NCBI GenBank assembly: GCA_963697775.1
Contig: CAVOPH010000003.1
Coordinates: 151,844 to 215,843, forward strand
Length of the DNA: 64,000 nt
Reading direction: 5' to 3'
From: an uncultured Acidobacteriota bacterium
GTDB lineage: Bacteria > Acidobacteriota > Vicinamibacteria > Vicinamibacterales > 2-12-FULL-66-21
The notes under the pieces were generated by a model, which saw nothing but the letters and a program-made list of their open reading frames with translations, was not told the DNA's origin and ran no database searches. The first letter of the stretch is position 1. Each line of letters starts with the position of its first letter. Positions 9,866 through 19,928 of the stretch are shown here, piece after piece. Made by a program: the position numbers and the translations under genes.

Positions 9866-11570
9866 CTTCTCGCCCATGAACGGGTACTTGAAGTCCCGCG
9901 GCGGCACGAACGTCTCTTTCACCGTGCGCGCGCTGACCCAGCGCACCAGATTCAGCATCGAACCAGCCTTGTCGTTCGTGCCTGAACCACGAGCGCCGCC
10001 GAAAGGCTGTTGCCCGACAACGGCACCGGTCGGCTTGTCGTTGACATAGAAGTTGCCGGCGGAATTCCGCAGCGCGCTCATCGCTTCCCTGACCGCCGCG
10101 CGGTCGCGGCTGAACACCGCGCCGGTCAGCGCGTACGGAGAAGTGCGATCGACGACCTCGAGCGTCTCGCGCCACTGGTTGTCCGGATAGACGTGCGCGG
10201 TGACGACCGGGCCGAAGATTTCCTCGCACAACAGCCGATACCCTGGATCCGAGGTTTCGATCAACGTGGGATCGATGAAGTACCCCTCGTCACCCTTCGC
10301 GGTTCCACCCGCCAGAATCTTCGCATTCCGCTTCGCATCATCCAGGTAGCCACTGATCTTGGTGAACGCCTTCTGATCGATGACCGCCCCCATGAAGTTC
10401 CGGAAATCGGTCACGTCGCCGACCTTGATCTCCTTCATCATCGCGATCGCGCAATCGCGAATATCGTTCCACAGCGAGCGGGGGGCATAGACGCGGCTCG
10501 CTGCCGAGCACTTCTGCCCCTGATACTCGAATCCCCCGCGGACGATGGCGACAGCGGCCTCGACCGGGTCGGCGGAGGGATGAATGACGATGAAGTCCTT
10601 GCCGCCGGTTTCGCCGACCAGGCGCGGATAGCCGCGATAGCGGCCGACGTTTTCGCCGATCTTCTTCCACATCCCGTTGAACACGTCCGTGCTGCCGGTG
10701 AAGTGCACGCCGGCAAGCTCCGGCGAGTCGAGCAACTGCGTGCTGATCTCGCGCGCATCGCCGGGGATGAAGTTGATGACGCCCGGCGGCAGGCCTGCGG
10801 CTTCCAGCACCCTGAGGGTGTAATAGCCGCTCAGAATCGCGCTCGAGGCGGGCTTCCACACGACGGTGTTTCCCATCAGCGCCGGCGCGGTGGTCAGGTT
10901 GCCGCCGATGGCGGTGAAATTGAACGGCGAAATCGCGTAGATGAATCCTTCGAGCGGCCGGTACTCCATCTGGTTCCAGACGCCCGGCCCGCTGATCGGC
11001 TGTTCGCTGTACAGTTCCTGCGCGAAGTAGGCGTTGAAGCGCCAGAAGTCGATCATCTCCGACGCCGCATCGATCTCGGCCTGAAATGCCGTCTTCGACT
11101 GCCCCAGCATCGTCGCCGCGTTGACCGTGGAGCGCCATGTCGTCGCCAGCAACTCCGCGGCTCTGAGCAGCACCGCCGCGCGATCCTCCCAGGGCCAGCT
11201 TCCCCACTCGCGCCGCGCCTCGGCTGCCGCGGCAATCGCCTGCTGCACCTGATCCGGTCCGGCGAGGTGGTAATCGCCGAGCACGTGCTTGTGATTGTGC
11301 GGCATCACGGACTGCGCCGTTCGGCCGGTTCGCACTTCCTTGCCGCCAATCACGAGCGGAATATCGAGCTTCTCCGCTGCCATCGCGCTCAACCGCGCCT
11401 TAAGGTCAGCGCGCTCTGGCGTACCGGGGGCGTACCGATCGATTGGGATCGTTTACCGGCTGCGGCACGCGCCTGACGCCGTTGAAGGCCGCCACGGTCG
11501 CGTGGCTCGCGGATGTGGAGCCTGGAGTGCTCGTGACGGGAGATGGAATTGTCGATGTCGGTGTAGACAT
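9863..11570 (-). CDS. pruA: L-glutamate gamma-semialdehyde (1-pyrroline-5-carboxylate) dehydrogenase; frame interrupted near 11430-11440
   Basis: The ALDH fold is present throughout: EKLDIPLVIGGKEVRTG, FTGSTDVF and the catalytic region EYQGQKCSA. The conserved N-terminal segment YAPGTPERADLKARL is in frame but has no start. The preceding MSTPTS...FNGVRRVPQPVNDPNRS lies in another frame and starts with an ATG at 11570 behind GGGGGA. Confidence 0.9.
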
Positions 11571-11660
11571 TCCCCCATTGTATGTCCATGGAAACGCGAT
11601 CGGGGAATGGGGGCAGCAGGCGACAGCCGAACCCGCGCTCAGGGCCTCGGGCCGCGGAGA

Positions 11661-11876
11661 TCAGCGTGCCGTTTCTTTGATTGAGACCGTGGTCCCGTGC
11701 GACCACTTCGAGTAGCAGCCACCGCACATCAGGGCGCTGAACGAGGCCTGCTCAGGCTTGCTCATCGAGAACACGCGCGACCCAGAGTCTTCGGACGGTA
11801 CGAACTGCGCGCCGCACACGGCGCAGGGCTGATCGCGGTCCGACGCCACGTGTTTCACCGAGAGGGTAACCGGCAT
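11661..11876 (-). CDS. small zinc-ribbon-like protein (hypothetical)
   Basis: 71-aa ORF with two CxxC pairs (CAVC and CGGC). It sits upstream of pruA on the same strand. Confidence 0.5.
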   Translation of the reverse strand: MPVTLSVKHVASDRDQPCAVCGAQFVPSEDSGSRVFSMSKPEQASFSALMCGGCYSKWSHGTTVSIKETAR

Positions 11877-11992
11877 GCGAGGATTGTATCGTGTTGCGGT
11901 GCGCTCGTGGCGTCAGCTGGGAGCCGTCGAGCTTTGTGCTAGAATTTCATGTTCGCGCGTGCCGTTCGCACACGACGATCACACGCCTTCGA

Positions 11993-12068
11993 GCCGGCGT
12001 AGCTCAGTTGGTAGAGCAGCTGATTCGTAATCAGCAGGTCCTCGGTTCAAGTCCGAGCGCCGGCTCCA
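11993..12068 (+). tRNA. tRNA-Thr (anticodon CGT)
   Basis: The cloverleaf can be read directly: acceptor GCCGGCG/CGCCGGC, D arm GCTCAGTTGGTAGAGC, anticodon stem-loop GCTGA-TTCGTAA-TCAGC, T arm CTCGG-TTCAAGT-CCGAG, and an encoded CCA. Confidence 0.93.
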
Positions 12069-12337
12069 TAATCTTCAGCAAAAACCCTCGCTACAACCCC
12101 TGCGTCCCCCGGTCTCCGACCGCTGGGCAACCTATGGGTAACATGCACGTTGAGACGAACCGTCTCGATCATCGGGCGATGCGGTCACGTCGTTCTGCGC
12201 TGTCCCTGGTTTGTACCGCGTTCACATTTTTCCCCTCGGGTGGCAGCCTCACGAACGCGGTCTAAGAACCCTGTCGGTGATCGTGGGAATGCCGAACGGA
12301 GTTCGCGCATTCGCGTGGGTGAAAGGCGGTGGTCCGT

Positions 12338-14533
12338 TCACGGCGTGTGACCGACGCGCGTGAGCAGATCGCGGAACCGGTCGTCGCCGCGCAGCGAATC
12401 GAACGTCGGATCGATCTTGAGCCAGAGTGCCAGCCACCCGCTGCGGTCTTCGTAGGCTTTCTCGAGCCAGGCCATCGCCCCGGTGCGGTCACCGAGTCCC
12501 GCGGAGGCGGTGGCCAGGTCATAGGGCGAGACGTACTTGCGCTTCGCGTACTCGAGGAGCAAGGTCATCGTGGCCTGCGCCTCGACGCGGCGACCGGCGG
12601 CGGCCTGCGCGTGCACAAGCGCCGCGACGACCTGCGGCGTGTCGAGCAGCCCCCGGGTCAGTTCGAGCGCCTTGATGGCGTCGTCCACATGGCCCTGACG
12701 TTCGTACGCCCAGCCGAGCGAGAGGTGCGCCCAATACGATCGCGGCTCCACCGCGATGGCCCGGCGATACTGCTCGATGGCTGCTTCGTATTGGCCCGCG
12801 AAATAAAACGAGAGACCCAGGCTCCAGAGGTTGATCTCGCTCGGGACCTCGTCGACGGCGCGCTGCATGTCGGCCTGCGCTTCGGGCAGTCGTCCCTCCG
12901 CCATCCGCAGCCAGCCGCGCAGGACTCGCCCGATGGTCTCGTCCGGCTCGAGCGTCATCGCCCGCGCGAACTCCCGGTCGGCGCCGGCGAAGTCCCAGTC
13001 GTACTGCAACTTGATCACACCCAGCGAAACGTGGGCGTAGGGCCACGCGTCGTCGCGCCGCAACACTTCCTCCGCCGCCGCCCGGGCGCGCGGCATGGCG
13101 TCGCGCGGCGAGGCGTGCAGGTCGGAGAGAGCGATCCACGCCGCTGCCAGGCCGCTGTAGGCGCCGATCGCGTTCGGGTCGAGTGCAATGGCGCGGTTGT
13201 AGTAGTCGATCGCCTTGCGGATCTCGGCCTCGCCCCACTTTGACCGGTTGAAGTCGCCCTTGAGCAGCAGCTCGCGCACCGCTGGGCTGTTGCGCGCGAC
13301 GTAGAGCCAGGGACTGCCCGCGCGTTGCCAGACCCACGTCACGAGGCCGGCTAACGCGACGGCGAGCACTCCCGCGATGAGCCGCCCGCGCCAGGACTGC
13401 GTGAACGCGCGCGCGGCGATCGGTGGGATGCCCTCGTCGAGCTCGATCAGCGCGTCCGCGATGTCGTGCAGCCGCTTGCGTGGATCCTTTCGCAGGCATC
13501 GTGCGATCAGCGTGCGGACAGACGCCGGCGTAGCGGCGGGCAGTGCGGTCCAATCGGGTTCGTGCTCCAGAATGCTGACGAGGGTGTCGGAGATCGTGTC
13601 GCCGTCAAACGCGCGGCGGCCCGACAGCATCTCGTACAGCACGCAGCCGAACGCCCAGATGTCCGTTCGCTTGTCGACCGCCTGCCCCCGCGCCTGCTCG
13701 GGACTCATGTAGGCCGGCGTCCCGAGAATCCGCCCCACAGCCGTGCCGTCGAGCGAGCCCGATGGATGCTGGGTCAGGTCACCCTCCAGACCGACCGCGC
13801 TCGTCTTCGCCAGCCCGAAGTCCAGCACTTTGGCGCGTGCGTCACCGGACGGGACGCCTGCCGCATTCGTCGCGCTCTGCAGCACGATGTTGGCCGGCTT
13901 CAGATCGCGATGGACGATGCCCTTCTCGTGGGCGACGTCGATCGCCCCGGCGATTTGGCGAGCAATCGCGAGCGCCTCACTGACCGGCAGCGGCCCGCGC
14001 GACAGACGATCAGCGAGCGTGGGGCCTTCCACGAGCTCGAGGACCAGCGCGGTGATGCCATCGGTTTCTTCCAGTCCGTAGATGGCGCCGATGTGGGGAT
14101 GGTTGAGCGTGGCCAGCAGGCGGGCTTCCCGGGCGAAGCGGGAACGACGCTCGGAGTCCGACGTGAAGGCCGACGGCAGGATCTTGATGGCGACGTCGCG
14201 CCCGAGCCTGCTGTCGCGCGCGCGATAGACTTCCCCCATGCCGCCGGCGCCAAGAGGTGCCAGGAACGTGTACGGTCCGAGCTGACGGCCCACCATCTGG
14301 GGTCTATCGGGCGCACCGCGGAGGGCGCCCGCGATCCCTTCCACCGCCGGTGTTTCGAGCAACCGTATCGAGGCGGACTCGTAGCCGAGCAGCGACTCGA
14401 TCTCCTGCCGGAGGCCCTCATCGCCACCACACGCCTCCATCAAGAAGGCCGTGCGCTCCCCGGCCGGACGCGCCAGCGCTGCATGATAGAGGTCCGAGAT
14501 CGGGTTGCGCCGGTCAGGCACCACGGGCTTCAT
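12338..14533 (-). CDS. Ser/Thr protein kinase with a transmembrane helix and C-terminal TPR repeats
   Basis: N-terminal region DLYHAALARPAGERTAFLMEACGGDEGLRQEIESLL. Kinase motifs GAGGMGEVYRA, HRDLKPANI, DFGLAK and MSPEQ. Transmembrane helix LIAGVLAVALAGLVTWVW, followed by TPR-like repeats. Confidence 0.88.
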   Translation of the reverse strand: MKPVVPDRRNPISDLYHAALARPAGERTAFLMEACGGDEGLRQEIESLLGYESASIRLLETPAVEGIAGALRGAPDRPQMVGRQLGPYTFLAPLGAGGMGEVYRARDSRLGRDVAIKILPSAFTSDSERRSRFAREARLLATLNHPHIGAIYGLEETDGITALVLELVEGPTLADRLSRGPLPVSEALAIARQIAGAIDVAHEKGIVHRDLKPANIVLQSATNAAGVPSGDARAKVLDFGLAKTSAVGLEGDLTQHPSGSLDGTAVGRILGTPAYMSPEQARGQAVDKRTDIWAFGCVLYEMLSGRRAFDGDTISDTLVSILEHEPDWTALPAATPASVRTLIARCLRKDPRKRLHDIADALIELDEGIPPIAARAFTQSWRGRLIAGVLAVALAGLVTWVWQRAGSPWLYVARNSPAVRELLLKGDFNRSKWGEAEIRKAIDYYNRAIALDPNAIGAYSGLAAAWIALSDLHASPRDAMPRARAAAEEVLRRDDAWPYAHVSLGVIKLQYDWDFAGADREFARAMTLEPDETIGRVLRGWLRMAEGRLPEAQADMQRAVDEVPSEINLWSLGLSFYFAGQYEAAIEQYRRAIAVEPRSYWAHLSLGWAYERQGHVDDAIKALELTRGLLDTPQVVAALVHAQAAAGRRVEAQATMTLLLEYAKRKYVSPYDLATASAGLGDRTGAMAWLEKAYEDRSGWLALWLKIDPTFDSLRGDDRFRDLLTRVGHTP

Positions 14534-14609
14534 CGGGCAACGTTTCTGCTCGCCACGTCAGAAGGGGCACAGATTCCCGCGCAGGTGTCAGCGTCCGCCA
14601 TATGTGCCG

Positions 14610-14735
14610 CTACGCGAGCCGGCGCAGCCCGTGATGCACGAGCGGGAGCTGCTTCTCGATGGCCCCGTGGTCGCCGCCTCCCCATTCGATCAGCAGGGCT
14701 GTCACGCCGTGGGCTCGGACGTCCGGCCCGCCCGC
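14610..14735 (-). pseudogene. remnant of an ECF sigma-70 factor gene (N-terminal ~40 codons only)
   Basis: It translates to [39 protein letters not shown] followed by TAG. This matches the characteristic N-terminus of kinase-associated ECF sigma factors (DVT.LL..W..GD..A...L.PLVY.ELRRLA). No region 2 or region 4 follows in any frame before the kinase start. Confidence 0.45.
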
Positions 14736-15148
14736 TCATTCTACGCCCGTCGCAAGACAGGGCTCGTATCGGTTTGCGCCTCCCCAGCAGTCAGCTTCGG
14801 GCTGCAGGGACGGACGACGTGAGAGTCCGGTTGTCAGCGCTTTCTGTGCTCTTCTACCTGGACCCCGTGCTCGGGGGTCTTAAGGGCACTGCATAACCGG
14901 CGCTGGAGCCGTCGCGCCCAGCGGTCAGGTGCGATTCTGTCGGCGGCGGCGCGCGGCTCAGCGCCGGTCGTTAGGCTGACGAGCAGTATGGTGCCTGTGG
15001 TCGGCGGTGTTCGGCGCGGTGACCGGAGGGTGGCATCTGACTGACTGGTCGAAACGTCGTAGCCGGTCCTGGCAGGACATGACCGGCCACGGTACCGGCA
15101 GATGCCACAACCGACGAAAACACTGAGGAGGATCGATCGTACGATCCC

Positions 15149-15189
15149 GATTCGTAGTCAGCAGGTCGTCGGTTCAAGTCCGAGCGCCG
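15149..15189 (+). repeat. direct repeat of the 3' half of tRNA-Thr (att-like tRNA fragment)
   Basis: GATTCGTAGTCAGCAGGTCGTCGGTTCAAGTCCGAGCGCCG matches tRNA positions 12022-12062 at 39 of 41 nt. There is no D arm and no 5' acceptor strand upstream. Confidence 0.7.
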
Positions 15190-15291
15190 TCGCGGGGCCC
15201 CTTTCGCCCCGCTCCGTTCGCGTGGCTCGCTCGCTTCGCGTCGCTCGCGGCATTGCTTCGATCGGCCTCGGATGCGTGTCCGGCACCCCCG

Positions 15292-17733
15292 CTACTCTGC
15301 TCTCAGCGCGCAGACCACGTCCACCCGCGAGGCGCGCGCCGCCGGCGTCAGCGACGCGACGATCGCGGCGACGACGAGGACCAACGCTGCGCCGGCGATT
15401 GCTGCGATCCCGGGCATCTGCACGTCGGGCACGAAGCTGCCGACGATCCGCGAGAGCAGCACCCCGCCGATCGCGCCCGCGGCGATGCCGCCGATCCCGA
15501 TCGCGGCGCCCTCGCCGAGGACCCGCACCAGCAGGTGCGTCGGCGTCGAGCCGACCGCGAGCCGCACCCCGAACTCGCGCGTCCGCGCGCTGACCGAGAA
15601 CGCCAGCACGCCCGCGACGCCGACGACCGCGATGAGCAGCGCCACCCCGGCAAACCCGCCGAACACCAGCGCGTTGACCCGCGTCGGCGCCAGCACGTCG
15701 GCGCGAATGTCGTCGAGCGTCGCCGCGCGCTCCACCGGCTGATCGTTCGCCAGGTCGCGGATCACCTTCGTCACCGGCGGCACGAGCGCATACGGATCCA
15801 TCTTCGCGTGGATGAAGAGCCGGCCGCCGCTCATCTCCTGCTCGATCGGGTGATACACCGTCATCGTCGGCTCGGGCACCAGGTGCTCGTCGTCCACGTC
15901 GGCGACCACGCCGACGATGCGCCGGGGATCGGTGCTGACGCCGATGAACTTGGTGACCGGATCCGTCCACATCATCCGGCGATTCACGGCGTCCAGGCTC
16001 GGCAGCATCCGCCGCGCGAGGGTCTCGCTGATGATGACGACCTTCTCGCCGTCCGCGCGATCGCCGTCGTTGAAGTCGCGGCCGGCGATGAGCTTCACGC
16101 CGAGCGCGCTGAAGAAGCCCGGCGACACGGTCCGGAACTGCGCGCGTGGATCCTCTTCCCCATTCGCCTTGCGGTAGCCTTCCACCGTGAACTGTGCGGC
16201 GAAGAAGCCCGGATCGCGCCACGGCACGACCGTCCCGAGCGCCACGCGCTCGACGCCAGGCAGCTCCGAGATCCGGCGGATCGCTTCCTGGTAGAACCGC
16301 GCGACGTCCGCGGGCTTCCGCGTGTAGGACACGACCGGAACATTCACCGCCAGCAGGTTCCCGCGGAAACCGGTCTGCTGGCGCTGCAGCGCGAAGAGCG
16401 TCGTGATCAGCATCCCGGCGCCCGCGACGAGCACGAACGACGCGCCGATCTGGGTGACCGCGAACACGCGCAACCGGCGGTTCGTGCCCGACGTCAGCCG
16501 GACACCGCGCCCGGTCAGACCCATGCCGTTGGCGGCGTCCGCCGACGGCAGCCGCGGCACGAACGCCAGCAGCACCGCGGCGGCGATCGCGAGTCCGCCG
16601 CCAACCCAGAGCAAGCTCGAATCGACGGTGACGTCGTGCGCGCGCACCGAGAAGCGTGCCGCATAGAGGGACAGAACCGCGACCATCGGCCGCGCGATCG
16701 CGACCGCCAGCACCGCGCCGGTCGCACAGAGGAGCACGCTTTCGGCGAGCAACGTCCGCCGCAGCGCGCCCGTGCCGGCGCCGAGCGCGGCGCGAATCGC
16801 CAGCTCTCCTTCGCGCCGGACCGACCGTGCGAGGATCAGGTTCGCGACGTTCGAGCACGCGACGATGAAGACGAGCCCGGACGCCGCCAGCAGCACCAGC
16901 AGGATCGTCCGCGCCGGCGAGATGATCTCGTCGCGCAACCCCTTTGCGTCGATGCGGAAGTCGGCCTGCTTCTCGTAGGCCTCGGGGTGTGCTTTCACCA
17001 TCGCCGCATGCGCCACGCGCAGCTCCGCCCGCGCGGCGTCGAGCGTCGCGCCCGGCGCCAGACGGCCGAAGAGCTCCGTCATCCGGTGCACGCGTCCGTC
17101 GACCATCGTGGCGTCGAGGTGATGCGGGCTCGTGACGACGTTGGCGATGATCTCGGTCTCTTGCGGATACGGCACCGACGGCTCGAGCACGCCGACGATC
17201 GTCGCCGGCCGATCGCTCAGCCGCACCTGCCGGCCGATCACGTTCGGATCGCTCTTGAAGGCGCTCGTCCAGAACCGGTAGGTCAGCACCGCCGCGCCGT
17301 CAGCCTTCGGCCCATCGTCGGACGGTCCGAGCAGCCGGCCCATCACCGGCTGCAGGCCCATCACTTCGAAGTACGAGCCGCCGACCACACCCGCGCGAAC
17401 GGTCCGCGGATCGCCGAGGCCGACCATCGTGAACTCGATCGTCGAGAAATCGCCAAACGCGCTGAGCGACTTCACCGACTCCCGCAGATCTTTCAGCTCC
17501 GGCACCGAAAAATTCGCGTTCGCCATGCCGATGCCAGACGCGCTCTGACGGATGTAGATGAGGCGGTCGGCACCGCGGTTGACTAGCGGCCTCAGCAGCA
17601 CACCGCGCACGACACTGAAGATCGCCGCGTTGGCGCCAATCCCCAGCGCCAGCGTGAGGACTACGGTAATGGCCAGGCCCTTGGCTCGGGCGAGCGACCG
17701 AAGGGCGATTCGAAGATCGGTGATCCAGCTCAT
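15292..17733 (-). CDS. ADOP-family duplicated FtsX/MacB-like ABC transporter permease
   Basis: 813 aa. N-terminus: MSWITDLRIALRSLARAKGLAITVVLTLALGIGANAAIFSVVRGVLLRPL. It contains two FtsX-type 4-TM modules, each preceded by a large periplasmic domain. Confidence 0.88.
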   Translation of the reverse strand: MSWITDLRIALRSLARAKGLAITVVLTLALGIGANAAIFSVVRGVLLRPLVNRGADRLIYIRQSASGIGMANANFSVPELKDLRESVKSLSAFGDFSTIEFTMVGLGDPRTVRAGVVGGSYFEVMGLQPVMGRLLGPSDDGPKADGAAVLTYRFWTSAFKSDPNVIGRQVRLSDRPATIVGVLEPSVPYPQETEIIANVVTSPHHLDATMVDGRVHRMTELFGRLAPGATLDAARAELRVAHAAMVKAHPEAYEKQADFRIDAKGLRDEIISPARTILLVLLAASGLVFIVACSNVANLILARSVRREGELAIRAALGAGTGALRRTLLAESVLLCATGAVLAVAIARPMVAVLSLYAARFSVRAHDVTVDSSLLWVGGGLAIAAAVLLAFVPRLPSADAANGMGLTGRGVRLTSGTNRRLRVFAVTQIGASFVLVAGAGMLITTLFALQRQQTGFRGNLLAVNVPVVSYTRKPADVARFYQEAIRRISELPGVERVALGTVVPWRDPGFFAAQFTVEGYRKANGEEDPRAQFRTVSPGFFSALGVKLIAGRDFNDGDRADGEKVVIISETLARRMLPSLDAVNRRMMWTDPVTKFIGVSTDPRRIVGVVADVDDEHLVPEPTMTVYHPIEQEMSGGRLFIHAKMDPYALVPPVTKVIRDLANDQPVERAATLDDIRADVLAPTRVNALVFGGFAGVALLIAVVGVAGVLAFSVSARTREFGVRLAVGSTPTHLLVRVLGEGAAIGIGGIAAGAIGGVLLSRIVGSFVPDVQMPGIAAIAGAALVLVVAAIVASLTPAARASRVDVVCALRAE

Positions 17734-17927
17734 AGCGCTCGTGCCGGGCCCGCAATGGGCCCGCGCATTCCCTTTCAGGCAATAGTCGAAGCAGCCGCCG
17801 GGATTTCGACAGTGCCTCCCGCTGGCCCCGTGCTATCTTTCGATCGGGCGTATCTTACTGAAAAACGAATGGTTCTTCAGTCTTTCGAGCGGTCCGCCGC
17901 ACCGCCAGTGTGAGTAGCCCTTCCCAA

Positions 17928-18389
17928 CTAGCTTTCACAGTCGATCCGGTACGTGACGTGTAGTCTGAATGTTGCGTCGAGTGCCGGGTCACCCGCGACT
18001 TCCACCCTGTAGGTCTTGCCGCGCCAGCCGTCCACTTGCATCTCCCGTACGCCAGGCGGCCACGGCTGGGGCACCGGAGATGGTCCACCTGGCCCGAACG
18101 GTGGTGTGACGGTGCTCTTCGAGCACCCAGTATCGCCGCCGCAGTCGGTGATCGTGGCTCGCAGTCCCAGAGTTGCGGCGGTCTCGGACCATGTGAGTCG
18201 CATCACCAGGTTCGATGATTTGGGCGAGACGACCGAATAGGCCGCGACGCCGCCGGCAGGCACCAGAGCCTCCATCGTGAAGACCTCGCCGGTCTCGTCA
18301 CGGCAACTCGGCCCAACCAGCCCACAGCCGACGTCACCGACGACGCCGAGTACCACGAGGAGCATGCACACGGTCCGGTTCACGACCAC
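17928..18389 (-). CDS. hypothetical small secreted protein or lipoprotein
   Basis: 153-aa ORF with a hydrophobic N-terminus ending in GC (MLLVVLGVVGDVGCG). Several Cys pairs are present. No family recognised. Confidence 0.5.
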   Translation of the reverse strand: MVVNRTVCMLLVVLGVVGDVGCGLVGPSCRDETGEVFTMEALVPAGGVAAYSVVSPKSSNLVMRLTWSETAATLGLRATITDCGGDTGCSKSTVTPPFGPGGPSPVPQPWPPGVREMQVDGWRGKTYRVEVAGDPALDATFRLHVTYRIDCES

Positions 18390-18542
18390 CTCCAGGTGAA
18401 GACACGGTCTGGTCTCCTGGCCGGAAGGCGTCGAACGCGTAGCAAACGGCTCACGACTAGATGGACGCCCACGGTCAGCCCAGGCGCCGCGGCATGCTCG
18501 CGGACTCTTTTGTTTAGGGGGACTTCCCGGGAGAATCTTGGC

Positions 18543-18713
18543 TCAGCTCGATTGCCGGCGTCGAATCGTCGCTGCGAAGATCCCGAACACGACGGCGAGC
18601 GCGAGCGATCCGGCGCGCGTAGTTGGTTGTTGCCAGGCGGCCAACAAGAACAGCAGGCAGGTGATCAGCCACAAACGCCACGCCCATCGGTTATGGCTGG
18701 CTGGCTCAGTCAT
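18543..18713 (-). CDS. small two-TM membrane protein (56 aa), translationally coupled to the upstream gene
   Basis: ATG at 18713 lies inside AATGACTGA, which overlaps the stop codon of the 98-aa gene. The product is MTEPASHNRWAWRLWLITCLLFLLAAWQQPTTRAGSLALAVVFGIFAATIRRRQSS. It is below the ORF-track length cutoff. Confidence 0.45.
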   Translation of the reverse strand: MTEPASHNRWAWRLWLITCLLFLLAAWQQPTTRAGSLALAVVFGIFAATIRRRQSS

Positions 18714-19002
18714 TTTTGGCACGGGCCGCGGACGAGGAACCCTGCCATCCCTTCTCGATCATTTGCGCTTTCCATTCCTCGCCAGTCGTCAACACCTCGT
18801 CCCGTGTGCGGCACACCTTCGTCTGCAGGAAGTCACGATTCAGTCCGACCTGCAGGCACAACTCCCATCCGAATTGATGACTGCGAAGCACACACCGCGC
18901 TTCGACCTGGTTCTTGCGCACCATGAACAGTTCACCGAGATGTACGGGCGAACCATGCCAATCCGGCCGTTGCAGGACGTCCATTGCTTCCGATTTTAGC
19001 AT
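18706..19002 (-). CDS. hypothetical protein (98 aa)
   Basis: The ORF has a plausible globular composition (VEARCVLRSHQFGWELCLQVG...EEWKAQMIEKGW). The long plus-strand ORF opposite it looks like a shadow ORF. Confidence 0.5.
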   Translation of the reverse strand: MLKSEAMDVLQRPDWHGSPVHLGELFMVRKNQVEARCVLRSHQFGWELCLQVGLNRDFLQTKVCRTRDEVLTTGEEWKAQMIEKGWQGSSSAARAKND

Positions 19003-19073
19003 CCTGTCGCAAATGCTTCGCGACCGGACTTAAAATCAGAATCGGTACGGCCAACTGCGGCGCACAGGGCCAG

Positions 19074-19778
19074 CTATAACTCCCTGATTCGGATGTTGCG
19101 GAACTCGACCCGGGCGCCGTGGCCGAGAAACCCGATATGCCCCTTCGTGTTGGCGATGCCGCGTGAGCCCTCCGGTTTGCTGAGATCGCGGTGGGTCTTG
19201 AGCATCTCCTCGTCCTTCACGTCGTCCAGGTTCGCGTCCACGATCGTCGTGCCATTGAGCTTGATCGTGATCTGCCGTCCCTTGGCCGTGATTTCCTCCG
19301 AGTTCCATTCGCCAACCGGTTTCTGAAATCCCCGCTTCGGCGCAACCATGCCGTAGATCGAGCCATGGTACTGGTACGGCCGCAGGCTGGTGTATTGCGA
19401 GCCGCCATCGTCCAGGACCTGGATCTCTATGCCGACGTAGGCGGCGTCGCCTTCGAGCGGCGCGCGGATGCCGATCCCGTTGTTGGCGTTCTCGGTCAGG
19501 CGGACGTCGAAGCGCAGCACGAAATCCGAGTACTCCTTGACGGTGTACAGGTTTCCACCGTCTTCTTTCGTGGAATAGATGGTGCCGTTCTCGACCTGAT
19601 ACCCCTGGCCCGACTTGTTCTCGGCGGTTCCACGCCGCCCGTAGGCCCATCCCGTCAGGTCCTTCCCGTTAAAGAGGGATGTGAATCCCGGTTCCGCGTT
19701 CTGGGTGGTCATCGCGGCGGCCGGAAGCAGGATGAGACTCGCAACGGTCAGACAGGACAGCGCATGGCGTGAGGTCAT
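19074..19778 (-). CDS. DUF1080 (3-keto-disaccharide hydrolase-like) domain protein, secreted
   Basis: Signal peptide MTSRHALSCLTVASLILLPAAA. Family hallmarks: FTSLFNGKDLTGW, NNGIGIRAP, EIQVLDD, HGSIYG, GEWNSEEI and GHIGFLGHGARVEFRNIRIREL. Confidence 0.85.
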   Translation of the reverse strand: MTSRHALSCLTVASLILLPAAAMTTQNAEPGFTSLFNGKDLTGWAYGRRGTAENKSGQGYQVENGTIYSTKEDGGNLYTVKEYSDFVLRFDVRLTENANNGIGIRAPLEGDAAYVGIEIQVLDDGGSQYTSLRPYQYHGSIYGMVAPKRGFQKPVGEWNSEEITAKGRQITIKLNGTTIVDANLDDVKDEEMLKTHRDLSKPEGSRGIANTKGHIGFLGHGARVEFRNIRIREL

Positions 19779-19928
19779 TGCAGTTCCCTCTTTGAATTCA
19801 TGGATGACAGCACCCGGCACTCGTGGCGCAATTCTGCCATGTTATGCGGGCCCCGAGTTCGAGCAATGCGGCGATGGAAATCGAGAGCAGGATGGCGATC
19901 GCGAGCACTTAGATAGTATGGTCCTCAA

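Noticed and set aside
14960-15080. A riboswitch-like element; the segment starts TGGTGCC, reminiscent of cobalamin leaders.
   Set aside because: The conserved GGGAA and B12-box (GCCACTG) elements are absent, and there is no plausible regulated gene downstream.
12069-15148. An integrase or prophage genes in the segment bracketed by the tRNA repeat.
   Set aside because: No ORF with integrase, excisionase or phage-like motifs was visible in any frame. Only the kinase and a sigma-factor stub are present.
15090-15190. A second complete tRNA, or a tmRNA 3' end.
   Set aside because: Only the anticodon-arm-to-acceptor 3' half is present. The anticodon and T stems carry mismatches. There is no D arm, no 5' acceptor strand, no CCA and no tag-peptide ORF.
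15253-17586. A 777-aa plus-strand ORF, and similar long ORFs opposite real genes (for example 10010-11476, 6325-7737, 28653-29861, 53004-54077, 33434-34405, 12519-13553 and 60475-61254).
   Set aside because: They are Arg/His/Pro/Gly-rich and low in complexity, with no recognisable motifs. They lie exactly antisense to well-supported genes. These are typical shadow ORFs of a high-GC genome.
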